A stretch of DNA of 64,000 bases from Perkinsela sp. CCAP 1560/9 (taxonomy: Eukaryota > Protista > Euglenozoa: Kinetoplastea), in the NCBI GenBank assembly GCA_965644495.1, contig CBFFSA010000008.1:558001-622000 (forward strand), read 5' to 3'. The position numbers were made by a program, and so were the translations under genes. Below the pieces are notes generated by a model that saw only the letters and a program-made list of their open reading frames with translations, did no database searches and had not been told where the DNA came from. Shown one piece after another: positions 54,501-64,000 of this stretch (position 1 is the first letter of the stretch; the number at the start of each line of letters is the position of its first letter).

Positions 54501-55543
54501 TTTCTGGCTGAATCAAGCGTCGACTGTGTTTTAATTCGTTCATCCTTCTCGTTGATCACATTTTCATGCGAGGATTCTAATAGAAGTGTTAGTCTGGATA
54601 TTTCTTCACTGAGCTCTTTCATTCGTGACTCGTTCTCACGTGAATTCTTTTCAAGTCGATCATGCTCCTCCTCCAGATGCTGATGAAGTGCGGCATTCAC
54701 ATGTTTGAGCTCAGCGAGCCTCTGTCTTTCTTGTTCTAGTGTCTCCTTCCATTTTCCAATAGCCTGATTCGCTTTGTCTTTGTCAATATGATGACGTTCC
54801 GCGATTTCTGATCTTTCCCGCTGGGCGGAGTCTCGCTCGGAGGTAAGTTTTTCAACAATTCTTTCAAGTTGTCTTTCCCGCACTCGCGCGCGCTTCTCTT
54901 CATCTTGATGATTTCGATTTTCTTCCGCCCTCAAAGACCTTAGATCTTGCACATGTTGAACATTAATTTCACGAAGTTCTTGATTCTTTGACGTAAGCCG
55001 CTCCACTTCGCGCTCAAGTCTATTCTTCTCCTTTTCCAATCTTTGGACATTCCGGGATGAGGGAGCTGTGTTTAGAGAATGCTCTCCTATTCCACCACTC
55101 GACGTGTCACCGAGCGTACGTACACTACGTATCCGTTCGTTAAGCATCGTGTCCGCTAAAGTCGGACGGCCTTGAAGTGAAACCGAAAAATGGTGCTGTA
55201 CAACTTGATCAGAATCTGTTTCTTGCAGATGATTGGCCTTAGGCTGTGCATTGCTCGCCAGATTATCTGACGCTTTACTAGGTGATGCCATTACTTTTTT
55301 ACCAGACAGAAATTCTGAGTCACTCCATTGTATTTTTGCCCGCTTCAATGAAACTTGTGCTGATGGACTCGGCAAATGAGAACGCAATGGCTCCGATCTC
55401 AATAAAGTGTCGCTCTCTTGGCCGTTCTTCCCCAAAGCAGTCTTTGGTGGAGATGTCAGCTCCTTTCCTAGTTCGGGAGTGTGTAAAAAATCAGAGCCAC
55501 GAAAGGGTGTGGCGGTAAGCTCGTGGTTTACGTTTAAATCCAT
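51551..55543 (-). CDS. Long coiled-coil protein
   Basis: 1330 aa of E/L/Q/K-rich heptads after a disordered N-terminus. Confidence 0.9.
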   Translation of the reverse strand: MDLNVNHELTATPFRGSDFLHTPELGKELTSPPKTALGKNGQESDTLLRSEPLRSHLPSPSAQVSLKRAKIQWSDSEFLSGKKVMASPSKASDNLASNAQPKANHLQETDSDQVVQHHFSVSLQGRPTLADTMLNERIRSVRTLGDTSSGGIGEHSLNTAPSSRNVQRLEKEKNRLEREVERLTSKNQELREINVQHVQDLRSLRAEENRNHQDEEKRARVRERQLERIVEKLTSERDSAQRERSEIAERHHIDKDKANQAIGKWKETLEQERQRLAELKHVNAALHQHLEEEHDRLEKNSRENESRMKELSEEISRLTLLLESSHENVINEKDERIKTQSTLDSARKQLKERETELQKDKRHIQESAEEAQRLSESLHNLQHEHDKLKMSLTDSETLVTERTQTINDMEVKLGKLRSDLDKQIRLRWSVEEQTAKYKLSNQSQYDKLCEQNSENNSLKSQIEDLEHQLHLLEGRREQEASLAKQEINDFTLRIEDLSETLSKLEVDMHETQRMLQREQKEHTNTRNYLENSQEQLERTITELSETQVVLQGERDEHVQFSRAWREEKNGLTADLEATRRDLQQETLAFQTIQDELGKGREELHAKNEALTKLQVVHESLLSSSEIRGKQLTESEKSNSSLKTQLQTLATENDDLRVRLEATMKDKSLIEVKLEQCEQSLLQSNEENLSAKEDLHGQLLDALASLNQSKIDLSHLSLELGKEKRDAQETIADLRDTVQEHLARIQTMTTELHNERLHSGKLGTAHETHISQLDALKDRYSEEQRINDNLRQDLLRKENDLERFTREQIHTQELQASSKDQYESRIGELEEQVNASRNEIRNVTSISEDLRRKLISAEEENLHLQERAENTTFEYRSEVERLVQKNDSLEKTNDEHNVALHEARTMIEAIKSERALLEDHLQEHVSENHDLASRIQELRGEVRLLLEQIEATKNEGTSALNNQASEYFSSSEAQKRLVHSLQNTLSDVNSQYESERLSRNALLSQLKNLEEEVEKRELSYRSVENITLTKLTSLQEELSVMDEKCQQQEAERKELESQKLYFHEECERLRIDMKNIHREVQEEHENHLINQKALHGAQSASSKLEARIESLKINLHDTEEENKALREKLHDIKKQNEQSETPSPGTQEKHATQEKYERLKNDFKQLLDDKEAILSKYRAERDAFECSKKNFEDILKVHTSNCEKWEKKYELLRTKATNMKTDAVNFRKGITLALQQERSDHLWCRDEIHKCHAALRTMWSHLGSNFRVDLRGRSQRPVLRKTHDSYRQVSTDEKSLSFQRSAENLTVIGSSQSEGRQKSRSTSRDRGNLDA

Positions 55544-55759
55544 GAGGTAGAGTTAAAAAAGAATATAGTGTTATAGGTAATAGTAAATCAGTCTTCTGTT
55601 GCACATTAGGACTAAAACTACGCTACCCTTTCTTCTCGTTTCCCTCCTCATGTTACGAAAGGAGTCAAACAATAGGGTGAAACAAAGGCTGAAAGTCTCA
55701 TCTCCGTTCGGTACCGAGAAAGTAACTTTCTCCATAAAAACTGTTATCCATAAAAACTG

Positions 55760-56365
55760 TTATATAGAATGCGCTCGCCAAAGTCCATCCCCCATAGTGT
55801 GAACAGTTTGAATCGCAATCCCCTTGCTGGATGACGTAATCTCATCTGTATCCATGCAAAGGACACCGATCGCCGCGGAGTGTTGCATGCCCTCAATATC
55901 GACCCGCACAAGCGAGCCTTTGATAACCCCGGGGGAAACGACTCCCCCTGGAGAGGTGAGGCCAGGGCACATCACATCAGCCCCGCCCAGGACGTGGACG
56001 CACCCACCGGCGTCGCACTGCATGCGAGGCAGCAGTGTGGGGAAGCGATGGAGAAGCCGGAGATGCGGCCAGTACTTTCCATCAGAGTGCTGAAAGAACA
56101 GCACCTCGGATCGAGCCACCACAAGTGTTAAACGGTTCTGGCACTTTACGAGTCGAAAACCGCCGTTCTCTTTTGGGAGAATACGGAGTAGGTCCTCCTC
56201 GGAGAAACGAGGGTATTGTGTGAGAATCGCAGCCCGAACTCGTTTTTGTGTGGAGCTCTGCGTTCGGCCGGAATCCAGTATGCAATTTGTGGTGAACTTA
56301 CGGATAGCAATGGTTAAGGATTCGATAATGTGGTCCTCTTTCGTGGCTACAGCCTCCTCGTGCAT
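55760..56365 (-). CDS. MCTS1: MCTS1/Tma20 PUA-domain translation re-initiation factor
   Basis: P.LRLLH.FP, VLGGADVMCPGLTSPG and KGIAI...H..GDGLW. Confidence 0.92.
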   Translation of the reverse strand: MHEEAVATKEDHIIESLTIAIRKFTTNCILDSGRTQSSTQKRVRAAILTQYPRFSEEDLLRILPKENGGFRLVKCQNRLTLVVARSEVLFFQHSDGKYWPHLRLLHRFPTLLPRMQCDAGGCVHVLGGADVMCPGLTSPGGVVSPGVIKGSLVRVDIEGMQHSAAIGVLCMDTDEITSSSKGIAIQTVHTMGDGLWRAHSI

Positions 56366-56947
56366 GTTTCCTATCTTTGTATACTAAAAAATCTCTGATA
56401 TTTCTTTTAAAAGCACTATCCTAGAAACACTTGCGTATTTCATGCATATTCTTGATTTATTTTTATGGTTGATTCTTATGATTCGCTCAGAATGCATGTG
56501 GTCCTAATATTTACTGTATCTGAAGCCTATTTGTATATAGTCTTTGTAATATGCAGTAGAAATGTAGCTTAGAAAACTTATGAAGAATGTATCCAAACCA
56601 GATGGCTGGAATACAAAAACCGTGTTAGAAACGTGAAAATAAATCGAACTTCTATTAGCAAGATGGCAAGGATTATGTAAAAAAGGGAAATAACAAGACA
56701 CAAAACTGCAAACTGAAGTAAAAATTATTGAAATATACAGTATATCTTTACAGTAGAATTGTCTGTACAGTATAATTAATACATATCTTTACATTTTAAT
56801 AGTATATCTTTACAGTAGAACTACTTTGTGAACTACTACAGTAGATCTACTTTGTGATGTGATGAATTTATGACTCTTCGATGCATGAATTTAAGTTTTA
56901 AGAACTTACAATCGAAAAATAGTTTGAATACAAACACATCCTACCAC

Positions 56948-58114
56948 CTACGGCAAGATTTGGAATGGGGGGAGATGTGCTGTCATGTGCTCTTCGGAAC
57001 CAACATAGACATCACGAATAGATTTATTAAGGTTAACAAGCTCAGTGTCCCAACCAATCAAAGTTTCGTTATATGATGGCGCTACGTCTTTTGATCGTGC
57101 CTTGGAGTTTTCATCCGTCGTTTTCTCACATTCACTTCTGACCACCAGCAGCATGTGCTCCCCGTGCCCCGTGGCCCGAAGGTCGTCAAACACACAATAT
57201 TTTTGATCTTCCGACATTCTTTTGACCGTAGTACCGCGCAAGGAGCTGGAAATGGGTCGGGCAAGAAAAATACGAACCCAAGATTCCTTTCCCCGCACAG
57301 GCGCACCAAACACATCTTCCACCCATATGCGAATGTGAGAAATATGCCGAGGTTCTGGAGCAGAGGTACACGTCAGCCACTCCGCCCGCAGGCGACAGGG
57401 AAGAACGCCGCACCCGAAAGAGTTTCCAATTTTGGTCCGTTTAGACATAACCTCCTGAGGAAAGTAATCCCAGGGTTCGTAAGTGACCATTGTGCCTGTG
57501 GCGTTCAACCCTAATCCGATGAGCCCCCAGGAAGTTTTTGTCTCCTGTTCATTTAAATTGTGGAAAACAGTACCAGCCGATGAGAGTGTAGGTTTCCAAT
57601 TTGAGTTCAGTGATAAATTCAGTAGTTGAAAAAGGTAGCTTTTGAAGTCGACGAAACGAACGCCTTCTCTCACTTTTCGGGCATTGTGTGCAAAAATCGA
57701 AGAGAGAAACTTTGGGTTCAGCTCCGCCGGTGATGCGACGTCCTTACGAGAGGATACCTTTGCAATATCTTGACGCCGTATTACAAGAAATATAAATGTG
57801 CTACATCCTTCAGCCACGAACAAATTCGGCACATCATTCGCGCCATTTGAATATTCTGCCGATAGTTCCTCCAACTTCCTTGAAGAGTTTGTCACACTCA
57901 TATCTAAAAACTCGTTGATGGCATTCTGAATATCGTAAATAGTTGGTCCCTTTCCAGCGCTTTTCCCTCGTAGTGATAGCGAAAAACTTTTCCTAGAATT
58001 GCAGCTATGCTCCATCTTGTATGTGTGTACCTCAACAGACAGAGGCGAGCTGAGTTCGCACGATGCTGCTTCCGGGCTGGAACAAGAATCTGATGCCTGC
58101 GAGACCGAGACCAT
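56948..58114 (-). CDS. Hypothetical protein
   Basis: 388-codon ATG-started ORF in the cluster orientation. Confidence 0.75.
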   Translation of the reverse strand: MVSVSQASDSCSSPEAASCELSSPLSVEVHTYKMEHSCNSRKSFSLSLRGKSAGKGPTIYDIQNAINEFLDMSVTNSSRKLEELSAEYSNGANDVPNLFVAEGCSTFIFLVIRRQDIAKVSSRKDVASPAELNPKFLSSIFAHNARKVREGVRFVDFKSYLFQLLNLSLNSNWKPTLSSAGTVFHNLNEQETKTSWGLIGLGLNATGTMVTYEPWDYFPQEVMSKRTKIGNSFGCGVLPCRLRAEWLTCTSAPEPRHISHIRIWVEDVFGAPVRGKESWVRIFLARPISSSLRGTTVKRMSEDQKYCVFDDLRATGHGEHMLLVVRSECEKTTDENSKARSKDVAPSYNETLIGWDTELVNLNKSIRDVYVGSEEHMTAHLPPFQILP

Positions 58115-58330
58115 GGAATAGTAGACGAGTAAAAGTGATTAAAACACCTACCCTTGGAATAGAAATTTCATTCTTTCCTTGAAAATACGAAAAAGAAAAA
58201 ACGCATGGCTTTGTTATTGAGCACGATGCATGTACAATGTATAAATGCATGTACATTGTATAAAGCAAGCATAAAAACTACGGAGCTGTTTTAGTTTCGT
58301 CACAACTAAAATGATCAAACGGGGGGAAAT

Positions 58331-58879
58331 CTATCCAGGTCGATGAAGTAGCTTCCTGGATATCAATTTAGTAGTATTCTCGCGATAACGTTTCTTTGCC
58401 TCTTTTGTTGGAAGGGGGGAGTTTCGTCTAATTTCGTTCTCTTCAGAAAGTAGTATTGCTCCGTCATTCTCCGAATAAATCGAATCTTCTGAATGGGAAG
58501 AATCACGGTCCTTTTTTTTGTTTGAATCACTCAAAGAACTGTTTTCTGCACTTGTGCTAGCAGATGAAGTCGTGCTCCAAGTAGTATGCTCTGTCCGGCA
58601 TTCACGCACCTCGTTGCTTAACACACTTTCTAGATAACCTGTCTCCTCCTGCGACTCATCATCGTCCGCTAGTAATCGATGAGATACGTGCAGACTTGCC
58701 ATTGGGATATCGGTCACGTCCCGCCCTTCGTTGTAGCTTATCGTAGGATACTTTCCACAATCTCCGAGAAACACACGACATTGCGAGCAAAGACCTTGTC
58801 TGTCACACAGCACATCGTTAATATCGGCACAGAGTAGACAACACATATTAGGGTCCGCAGGAATCAAATTCGGGGCCAT
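58331..58879 (-). CDS. Hypothetical protein, Cys-rich N-terminus and Ser/acidic tail
   Basis: 182-codon ORF with CxxC..CxxC near the N-terminus. Confidence 0.6.
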   Translation of the reverse strand: MAPNLIPADPNMCCLLCADINDVLCDRQGLCSQCRVFLGDCGKYPTISYNEGRDVTDIPMASLHVSHRLLADDDESQEETGYLESVLSNEVRECRTEHTTWSTTSSASTSAENSSLSDSNKKKDRDSSHSEDSIYSENDGAILLSEENEIRRNSPLPTKEAKKRYRENTTKLISRKLLHRPG

Positions 58880-59247
58880 GTCGGAGAATAGTTCGGAATT
58901 GATAGACGGAAAGCAAGTGGTTTAGGTCGGTCGTCAGCATTGCAAAACAAATCTGTTAAATTATTGTGTGCATCCTATAAAAGAAATAGTGAAGGAAAGA
59001 AGCGTTATGGGCTTAATAAAGAAACTGTGCTTTAAATTGAAAAACTTGTATCACGAATGATAATTTCCGACCTACGAATCACGTACAAAAACGTAGAAAA
59101 TCGGGCGCACGCACCTGTTCCAACCTGAGATGTCCTAGAGATGTCTTACCTGAGATGTCCTATTACTCAACCTTACATCCTACATGAGGAAATACAAGTA
59201 CAAGTCCACTATCACGCCAAACGCTGTGAGGACCGTGTTCCCTTCCT

Positions 59248-59643
59248 CTAGGATTCCACCATAGGAATCACTTCACCCCTGGACGCACATTCGAGTATAA
59301 GACGTGAGGGTCGTGGCGGGGAGATCGTCGCACTGGTGACGAAGGCGTCCAGGGGAGGGTCAGGGGGTGCGTTGTGTTCACCGTCGAACCCTCCTTCGAG
59401 GTCTACCTCATCACAGGTCGGTCCGCCTACCATGGTGGTCAGCAGGGACCACGGCGAGTCGTGCTGGTCTCCCCAGCGAGAGCGACGTCGTACGCGGGCC
59501 TCCAAGTCCTCCGCATAGCCGGGGAGGCCCTCATCCTCGGAGGCAGAGTCCTCAGAGAATTGGGCAAGATCGACTCGATGATTTCGCGTTTGTGGGTTGA
59601 GGTCCTTATGGTGTGAAGCAGAAATATCTCCAGGAAAGGACAT
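59248..59643 (-). CDS. Hypothetical low-complexity protein
   Basis: 131-codon GC-rich ORF in the cluster orientation between AT-rich spacers. Confidence 0.4.
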   Translation of the reverse strand: MSFPGDISASHHKDLNPQTRNHRVDLAQFSEDSASEDEGLPGYAEDLEARVRRRSRWGDQHDSPWSLLTTMVGGPTCDEVDLEGGFDGEHNAPPDPPLDAFVTSATISPPRPSRLILECASRGEVIPMVES

Positions 59644-59866
59644 GGAGAGGAATCAATGTGACAAAGGAAAATCTCTAGGAAAGATTGATAATGAGAAGGA
59701 AGGGAACTCACTATTTATCTTAAAATGAACGCTTTTTTAACGTTTGGTCCTTTGTAGTGTATTCGTGATCTTATTGTACACGTAAAAGCAATAACAAACA
59801 CATGGGCATCGATCCGGTAGCTCTCCTCAGCTCCATGCCTCTTTTCCGAACCGTCCTAGCTCTCTG

Positions 59867-60928
59867 TTACCCAGCTGTCACATCTCCCGCCTCCGTCTGG
59901 GCATGGGGCTCGCTCATCCCGTGATACACCAGTGAGATCACCTCCGTGCTTGCCGTAGACTCACTCACCGGAGTTGCCTCCGACTCCATAAATGAAGAGC
60001 TGCGGTGCATTTTACCACTTGTCTTGGGCGACGAAGCCGAGGACGACGAAGACGACGAGGAGGACAAACTTTGCGACCCTGCTTGACTCGGGGACAGCGC
60101 CAACGTATTCGCGGTGTCCTCCCCGAGCCCAAACACCACCCCGGAGGTGTCTAGCGGAATGCGCCGCTCCCCGTCGCCCCCACACAGGTGAAAGAAACAT
60201 TGCGCAGTAAGAAGACTGTCACTGCCGGCCTGGTGGGCTGGACCAATCCGACGAACCCCAATCTCCTCCGCGACATGGTCCAACCCCTTTGAGTACGGTA
60301 CTTGGGCACTTTTCTTTAACACGTACTTAATATCATACAAAAACGGAAAGTACGCGTGGAGGAGCTCCAGGAACTCAATCTCCCTTTCCGGGAGATCCAC
60401 CCCGGAGAGGAGTTTGATCAAGTACCCAAAGTCGTACCCGCTGTGGAAACTCACCCAACTCACCTCCGGGCACAGCACAAGCCCGGAGGTGGTGAGGAGC
60501 TGCGCAAAGTGCGTGACGTCAACCCCTTCCCGCTCCAGACGATCGAAATTAATCCCACTGTTATGCAGCAAGTCTATCGAGTCCTGCGCGTAGACATCCG
60601 TGGATAAACAAAACCGAAAGTTGAACTGCCATGTACAGGGCCCGGAGGCCGGTGGGTCGCCGTTCTCATCGACGAGCGTAAGCCCGAGTTGGATCAGTTT
60701 TAGAAGATTTACGTTACACCGCAGGGTTTGGTAGTAGAACTCGTGAGTGGAAGCGAAATTACCAACAGGTCGGCCGACGATCCCGGGGAATTCCGTATCC
60801 ATGGCAACATAAGGACATGTTTCCACCGCACGCCGGATATTGGAGAACTCGGATTCGAGATTCGTGGCCCAGACATCCTTGATGACGCTGCTGCTGCTAC
60901 TGTAGGAGCTCCACTTACCGCCACTCAT
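59867..60928 (-). CDS. CAF1: CCR4-associated factor 1 deadenylase (DEDD)
   Basis: VAMDTEFPG, YQTLRCNV, WQFNF.F, FHSGYDFGYL, YDIKY and HQAGSDSLLT. Confidence 0.96.
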   Translation of the reverse strand: MSGGKWSSYSSSSSVIKDVWATNLESEFSNIRRAVETCPYVAMDTEFPGIVGRPVGNFASTHEFYYQTLRCNVNLLKLIQLGLTLVDENGDPPASGPCTWQFNFRFCLSTDVYAQDSIDLLHNSGINFDRLEREGVDVTHFAQLLTTSGLVLCPEVSWVSFHSGYDFGYLIKLLSGVDLPEREIEFLELLHAYFPFLYDIKYVLKKSAQVPYSKGLDHVAEEIGVRRIGPAHQAGSDSLLTAQCFFHLCGGDGERRIPLDTSGVVFGLGEDTANTLALSPSQAGSQSLSSSSSSSSSASSPKTSGKMHRSSSFMESEATPVSESTASTEVISLVYHGMSEPHAQTEAGDVTAG

Positions 60929-61237
60929 AAAAGGAATGTTGATGTCAGTGCAAGCTTGATATGAAGTCTAAATTTCTGAAAAACAAATCATTAAGAACGG
61001 GTACACGAAACAGAGTGCACTCGTTGGCAGTGTACAGGGGGGGTATTGTAAATTTGTAAATTATAAGGTAAATTATTGTAGGAGATGAAATTCATTTCAG
61101 AAAAACGGTTTTTTTGTGGAGACGCACCAAGCTACGAATCTGTGCGCACTACGAGTTACATGAACACATTTTGAACCGGAAATCAGGTCCTGCACTCATA
61201 TAGCCAAAAAGATTTTATGAAAAAGAAATCCTTGTTC

Positions 61238-61780
61238 TCACGTGTCAATTCTCCAATTTTGCAAACAACTTGTACATTGAAGCAAGAGTGAAAACCCTTC
61301 ATCCGCACTTCGCATTTGGACGGCCCTGTACCAGCATATGCGTTGAGAGGCACAATTATCGCAGAATGCCTCCTGCGTGGGGAGCGAGGTTTCACTCTCC
61401 TCTGCAGAGACCCATTTAAGTCTTCGGGCTTCTGCGTAACGTGAAAATTGGCGAGCATTTGATGCAACGTCATTCGCTTTATTATCGTGATGTTCCGCTG
61501 TGGCCCTCAAAAACTGAGATCGCGTTTTCTCCTCACGATGCTGAAGCGCCGCTTCATATTCCGCTACCCTTTCCTCTATGCTTAGCCATTTCCACTCAAG
61601 TTCACCCATTTCAAGTGACATGTTTTGTGCGGCGTCCTGTTGTGGTAGAACACAGTGCGGACAGGAAGCACCTTTCCTGTTTTCGTCAAACAGAGGCAAC
61701 AGACTCCGACATGTGGGACAGAATTTCATATTTTGTATTAATAACATTGAAAAGGAATCTCTATTTGCAGTATTGGTCAT
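61238..61780 (-). CDS. RPA12: RNA polymerase I subunit RPA12-like (two zinc ribbons)
   Basis: FCPTC..LL N-ribbon and C-ribbon with QMRSADEG (RPC11 typically has SADEP). Confidence 0.78.
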   Translation of the reverse strand: MTNTANRDSFSMLLIQNMKFCPTCRSLLPLFDENRKGASCPHCVLPQQDAAQNMSLEMGELEWKWLSIEERVAEYEAALQHREEKTRSQFLRATAEHHDNKANDVASNARQFSRYAEARRLKWVSAEESETSLPTQEAFCDNCASQRICWYRAVQMRSADEGFSLLLQCTSCLQNWRIDT

Positions 61781-62020
61781 GTAGCAAACTTGAACGCTAC
61801 TTCTCTACGTTCACGTTGGGAAACTTTTCAAAAGAATGTTCTATTTATATGCGGTAACTATTCTTTTTTTGCACGCTTGTGGTGGAAGTTTAGGTTTAAA
61901 AAATATTTCGTAGTTTAGCGAAACGAAGGAGGTCGAGTTTTGAACTTATCCAAAAAAGCCTTTGGAGCTCAGTTTGAAATTTATGTGTGTTCGTTCGAAC
62001 TCGTATTCTTTTTGGTTCAA

Positions 62021-64000
62021 CTACAGCTGTAAAATGGCTTGAGAAACCTGAAAAGAAACGTCATCCTCAGCTCCGGCATCATCAGAAGATGTACCACGGT
62101 GTAGTAAAGTTTCCTGTTCTAATTTTATCAATGACTCTCGAATAAGTTGATACAACTCCGTGGAATTGACGCCACCCGCGATTTCTGGCGCACTGATGGC
62201 GAGGTAGTCCGCTATATCGGAAACACGAAATCCTTCTTGAGGCAATTCTGCAATCTTACTTTTTACAAGATCGTATATCTCCGACCCACGCGAGGACGAT
62301 GATTGATTTGACGCGTTGCTTTCATCAATATTAGGAATGCCTTGGTTCTCTTGTGCAAAGTCGGAACTGATGTCTGTGTGTGTCATTGAAGCCTTCATAA
62401 GTGTCAATGCCATTCGAACGTGATCCGTTCGGACTTCGTCGTCGAGGTGCAGTCGTGCAACGGCTTCGGATAACCGAATCATCGACTCAAGTTGCCTCGT
62501 GGTGTATCGAAACATTCGATGCGTCACCGTGCGCGTCTTCTCCATCCGAAGGTCTCGAAAAGCAATGGAGAGAAGGTCGCACGCACTCTCCGAAAGCCGA
62601 GGTTGTACACTCGTCGCATAACTCAGGTAGAGCATAAAGTCCTCATGGCTTAGTGTTTCGTTTGTGGTGTCTTCCGGTTGCTCGGAATTATGACGATGAA
62701 GGTCGGTGATTTTCTTTGCAAGCATTCTGTCCGATTTATTCGATGTATCAGCGAGAATAAATATCAAGTCAAAGCGTGAAATGATAGGTTGCGTCATGGT
62801 TACATTTTGGTGCAACGGTTTGCTGATGTTATAAATTCCACCAATAGGACTGGCAGCCGCAAGAATTGACGCTCGAGCTCTCAATGTGGCCTTAATTCCG
62901 GCCTTAGCAATAGAAATGGTTTGCTGTTCCATCGCCTCGTGAATGGCCACCATATCCGCCGGGTCCATCTTGTCGAAGTCATCAATGCAACACAACCCAT
63001 TGTCGGCTAACATCAACGCTCCTGCCTCGATCGTAAACTCCCCCGTGTCTGGGTCCTTGGCGACACTTGCCGTTAGTCCTGCGGCGGTGGAGGTCTTTCC
63101 GCTGGTGTATATCCCACGCGGGGCAATCTTGGAGGCCCATTTCAGAAAGTGGGATTTCCCGACAGCAGGGTCTCCAATTAAGCACAAGTTAATGTCCCCT
63201 CGCAAGGAAGACCCGTCCCGGGTCTTTTTGTGCACACCCCCGACCTGCTGCAGGAGTACACCCAGCTTGACCAGAGCGTACCCGAACAAATTCGGGCACA
63301 CACTATGCACCAGGGTGTTAAAAAACCCATCCCGGGAGACAACACGTGACGCGACGCTCTCCTGTTTGCTTCGAAGCTCTTTGGAAAGACTAAACGACTT
63401 TGTTTTCTCGTCTGCAAAAGGACGGTTGGGTGCGTACCCGGCTCGATTCGTTACTGTCATTGCAATGAAACAAAGTTTATAGGCGAGTGTGCGGGCACCA
63501 AGTTTTTTAAGCCCCTCCACACCCTCGGTTCCCATATCCGCCCTCCTTCCCTCGTTTGCATTGGGTGCCGCATCATCCACTCGGTGGGTAAGTTCCCGTC
63601 TCTCCTGCTGCGAGAACAGTTTCCCCACCTCCGGAATCATCGAAATAAACCCAATAAACCGCAACTTGTCCCCGGGAAGGGCCCGTTCCACGGACTCCCC
63701 CCTTAGAATCACATCAATACTCCGTGGGGTGGATCCCGGAAGCAGGGCCTCGGAGTCTTCCTGTACTTTTAGCTTCTGCCAGTCATTTAAAATGGTGTTG
63801 CGGTTGTAGACGACTGCCCACTGGTCGCGGTTCCCGCACCCATCCTGTTTACACACGATCGGGGTGGTGTAGGTGTAATTCTGTAGCACCGGGTCACTCA
63901 CGCAGCCACAGTTCTGACACGAGAAACAGGTCTGTAGCAACTCCGGGCGGACTTGGGTCATCCGGGTCACGGTGGCATGGAGGTTGCAGAGCAGACCGCA
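62021..64000 (-). CDS. MCM6: DNA replication licensing factor MCM6 (5' end beyond the window)
   Basis: VRPEL, C4 zinc motif, DWQK..QE..PGS.PRS.DVILR.E.VE.A.PGD, LRGDIN, AAGLTA, IHEAMEQQTISIAKAG, SRFDL and RQLESMIRLSEA. Confidence 0.9.
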   Translation of the reverse strand, partial: CGLLCNLHATVTRMTQVRPELLQTCFSCQNCGCVSDPVLQNYTYTTPIVCKQDGCGNRDQWAVVYNRNTILNDWQKLKVQEDSEALLPGSTPRSIDVILRGESVERALPGDKLRFIGFISMIPEVGKLFSQQERRELTHRVDDAAPNANEGRRADMGTEGVEGLKKLGARTLAYKLCFIAMTVTNRAGYAPNRPFADEKTKSFSLSKELRSKQESVASRVVSRDGFFNTLVHSVCPNLFGYALVKLGVLLQQVGGVHKKTRDGSSLRGDINLCLIGDPAVGKSHFLKWASKIAPRGIYTSGKTSTAAGLTASVAKDPDTGEFTIEAGALMLADNGLCCIDDFDKMDPADMVAIHEAMEQQTISIAKAGIKATLRARASILAAASPIGGIYNISKPLHQNVTMTQPIISRFDLIFILADTSNKSDRMLAKKITDLHRHNSEQPEDTTNETLSHEDFMLYLSYATSVQPRLSESACDLLSIAFRDLRMEKTRTVTHRMFRYTTRQLESMIRLSEAVARLHLDDEVRTDHVRMALTLMKASMTHTDISSDFAQENQGIPNIDESNASNQSSSSRGSEIYDLVKSKIAELPQEGFRVSDIADYLAISAPEIAGGVNSTELYQLIRESLIKLEQETLLHRGTSSDDAGAEDDVSFQVSQAILQL

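Noticed and set aside
28510-64000. Numerous short plus-strand ORFs and alternative-frame minus ORFs
   Set aside because: They are shadows of long, motif-bearing minus-strand genes, often with non-ATG starts.
1-64000. Spliced-leader RNA gene, rRNA, telomeric repeats or viral/prophage genes
   Set aside because: No SL core (AACTAACGCT / GTTTCTGTAC-type), rRNA signature, TTAGGG array or viral hallmark ORF was seen by eye.

Overview
Eukaryotic, kinetoplastid-like DNA. The lineage is an inference, plausibly Perkinsela-like. It rests on the trypanosomatid-type mtHSP70 C-terminus [15 protein letters not shown], short MLVR- presequences, and intronless genes with very short spacers. All ~24 host genes lie on the minus strand as one directional, polycistronic-type cluster. 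Recognisable products are mtHSP70, a REV7-like HORMA protein, an LRR protein, an AlkB-like dioxygenase, an ankyrin protein, a frameshifted Prp18, a Cet1-type RNA triphosphatase, COQ5, STRAP, a GCN1-like protein, GlyRS, ELP3, a CDF transporter, Mog1, ATP11, a Sen1/Upf1-like helicase, a coiled-coil protein, MCTS1, CAF1, RPA12 and a 5'-truncated MCM6. The left 28.5 kb contains four islands of nested, decayed DNA transposons (1-3.4, 7.7-12.7, 15.6-21.7 and 25.4-28.4 kb). They represent Tc1/mariner (DD35E), pogo, hAT (8-bp and apparently 6-bp TSD), Merlin/IS1595, an element with a 3-bp TSD, an element with a 9-bp TSD, and hairpin MITEs. Many ends and TSDs are readable directly. The 28.5-64 kb part is almost TE-free. 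No rRNA, tRNA or CRISPR was recognised. All family assignments come from motif recognition by eye, not database searches.
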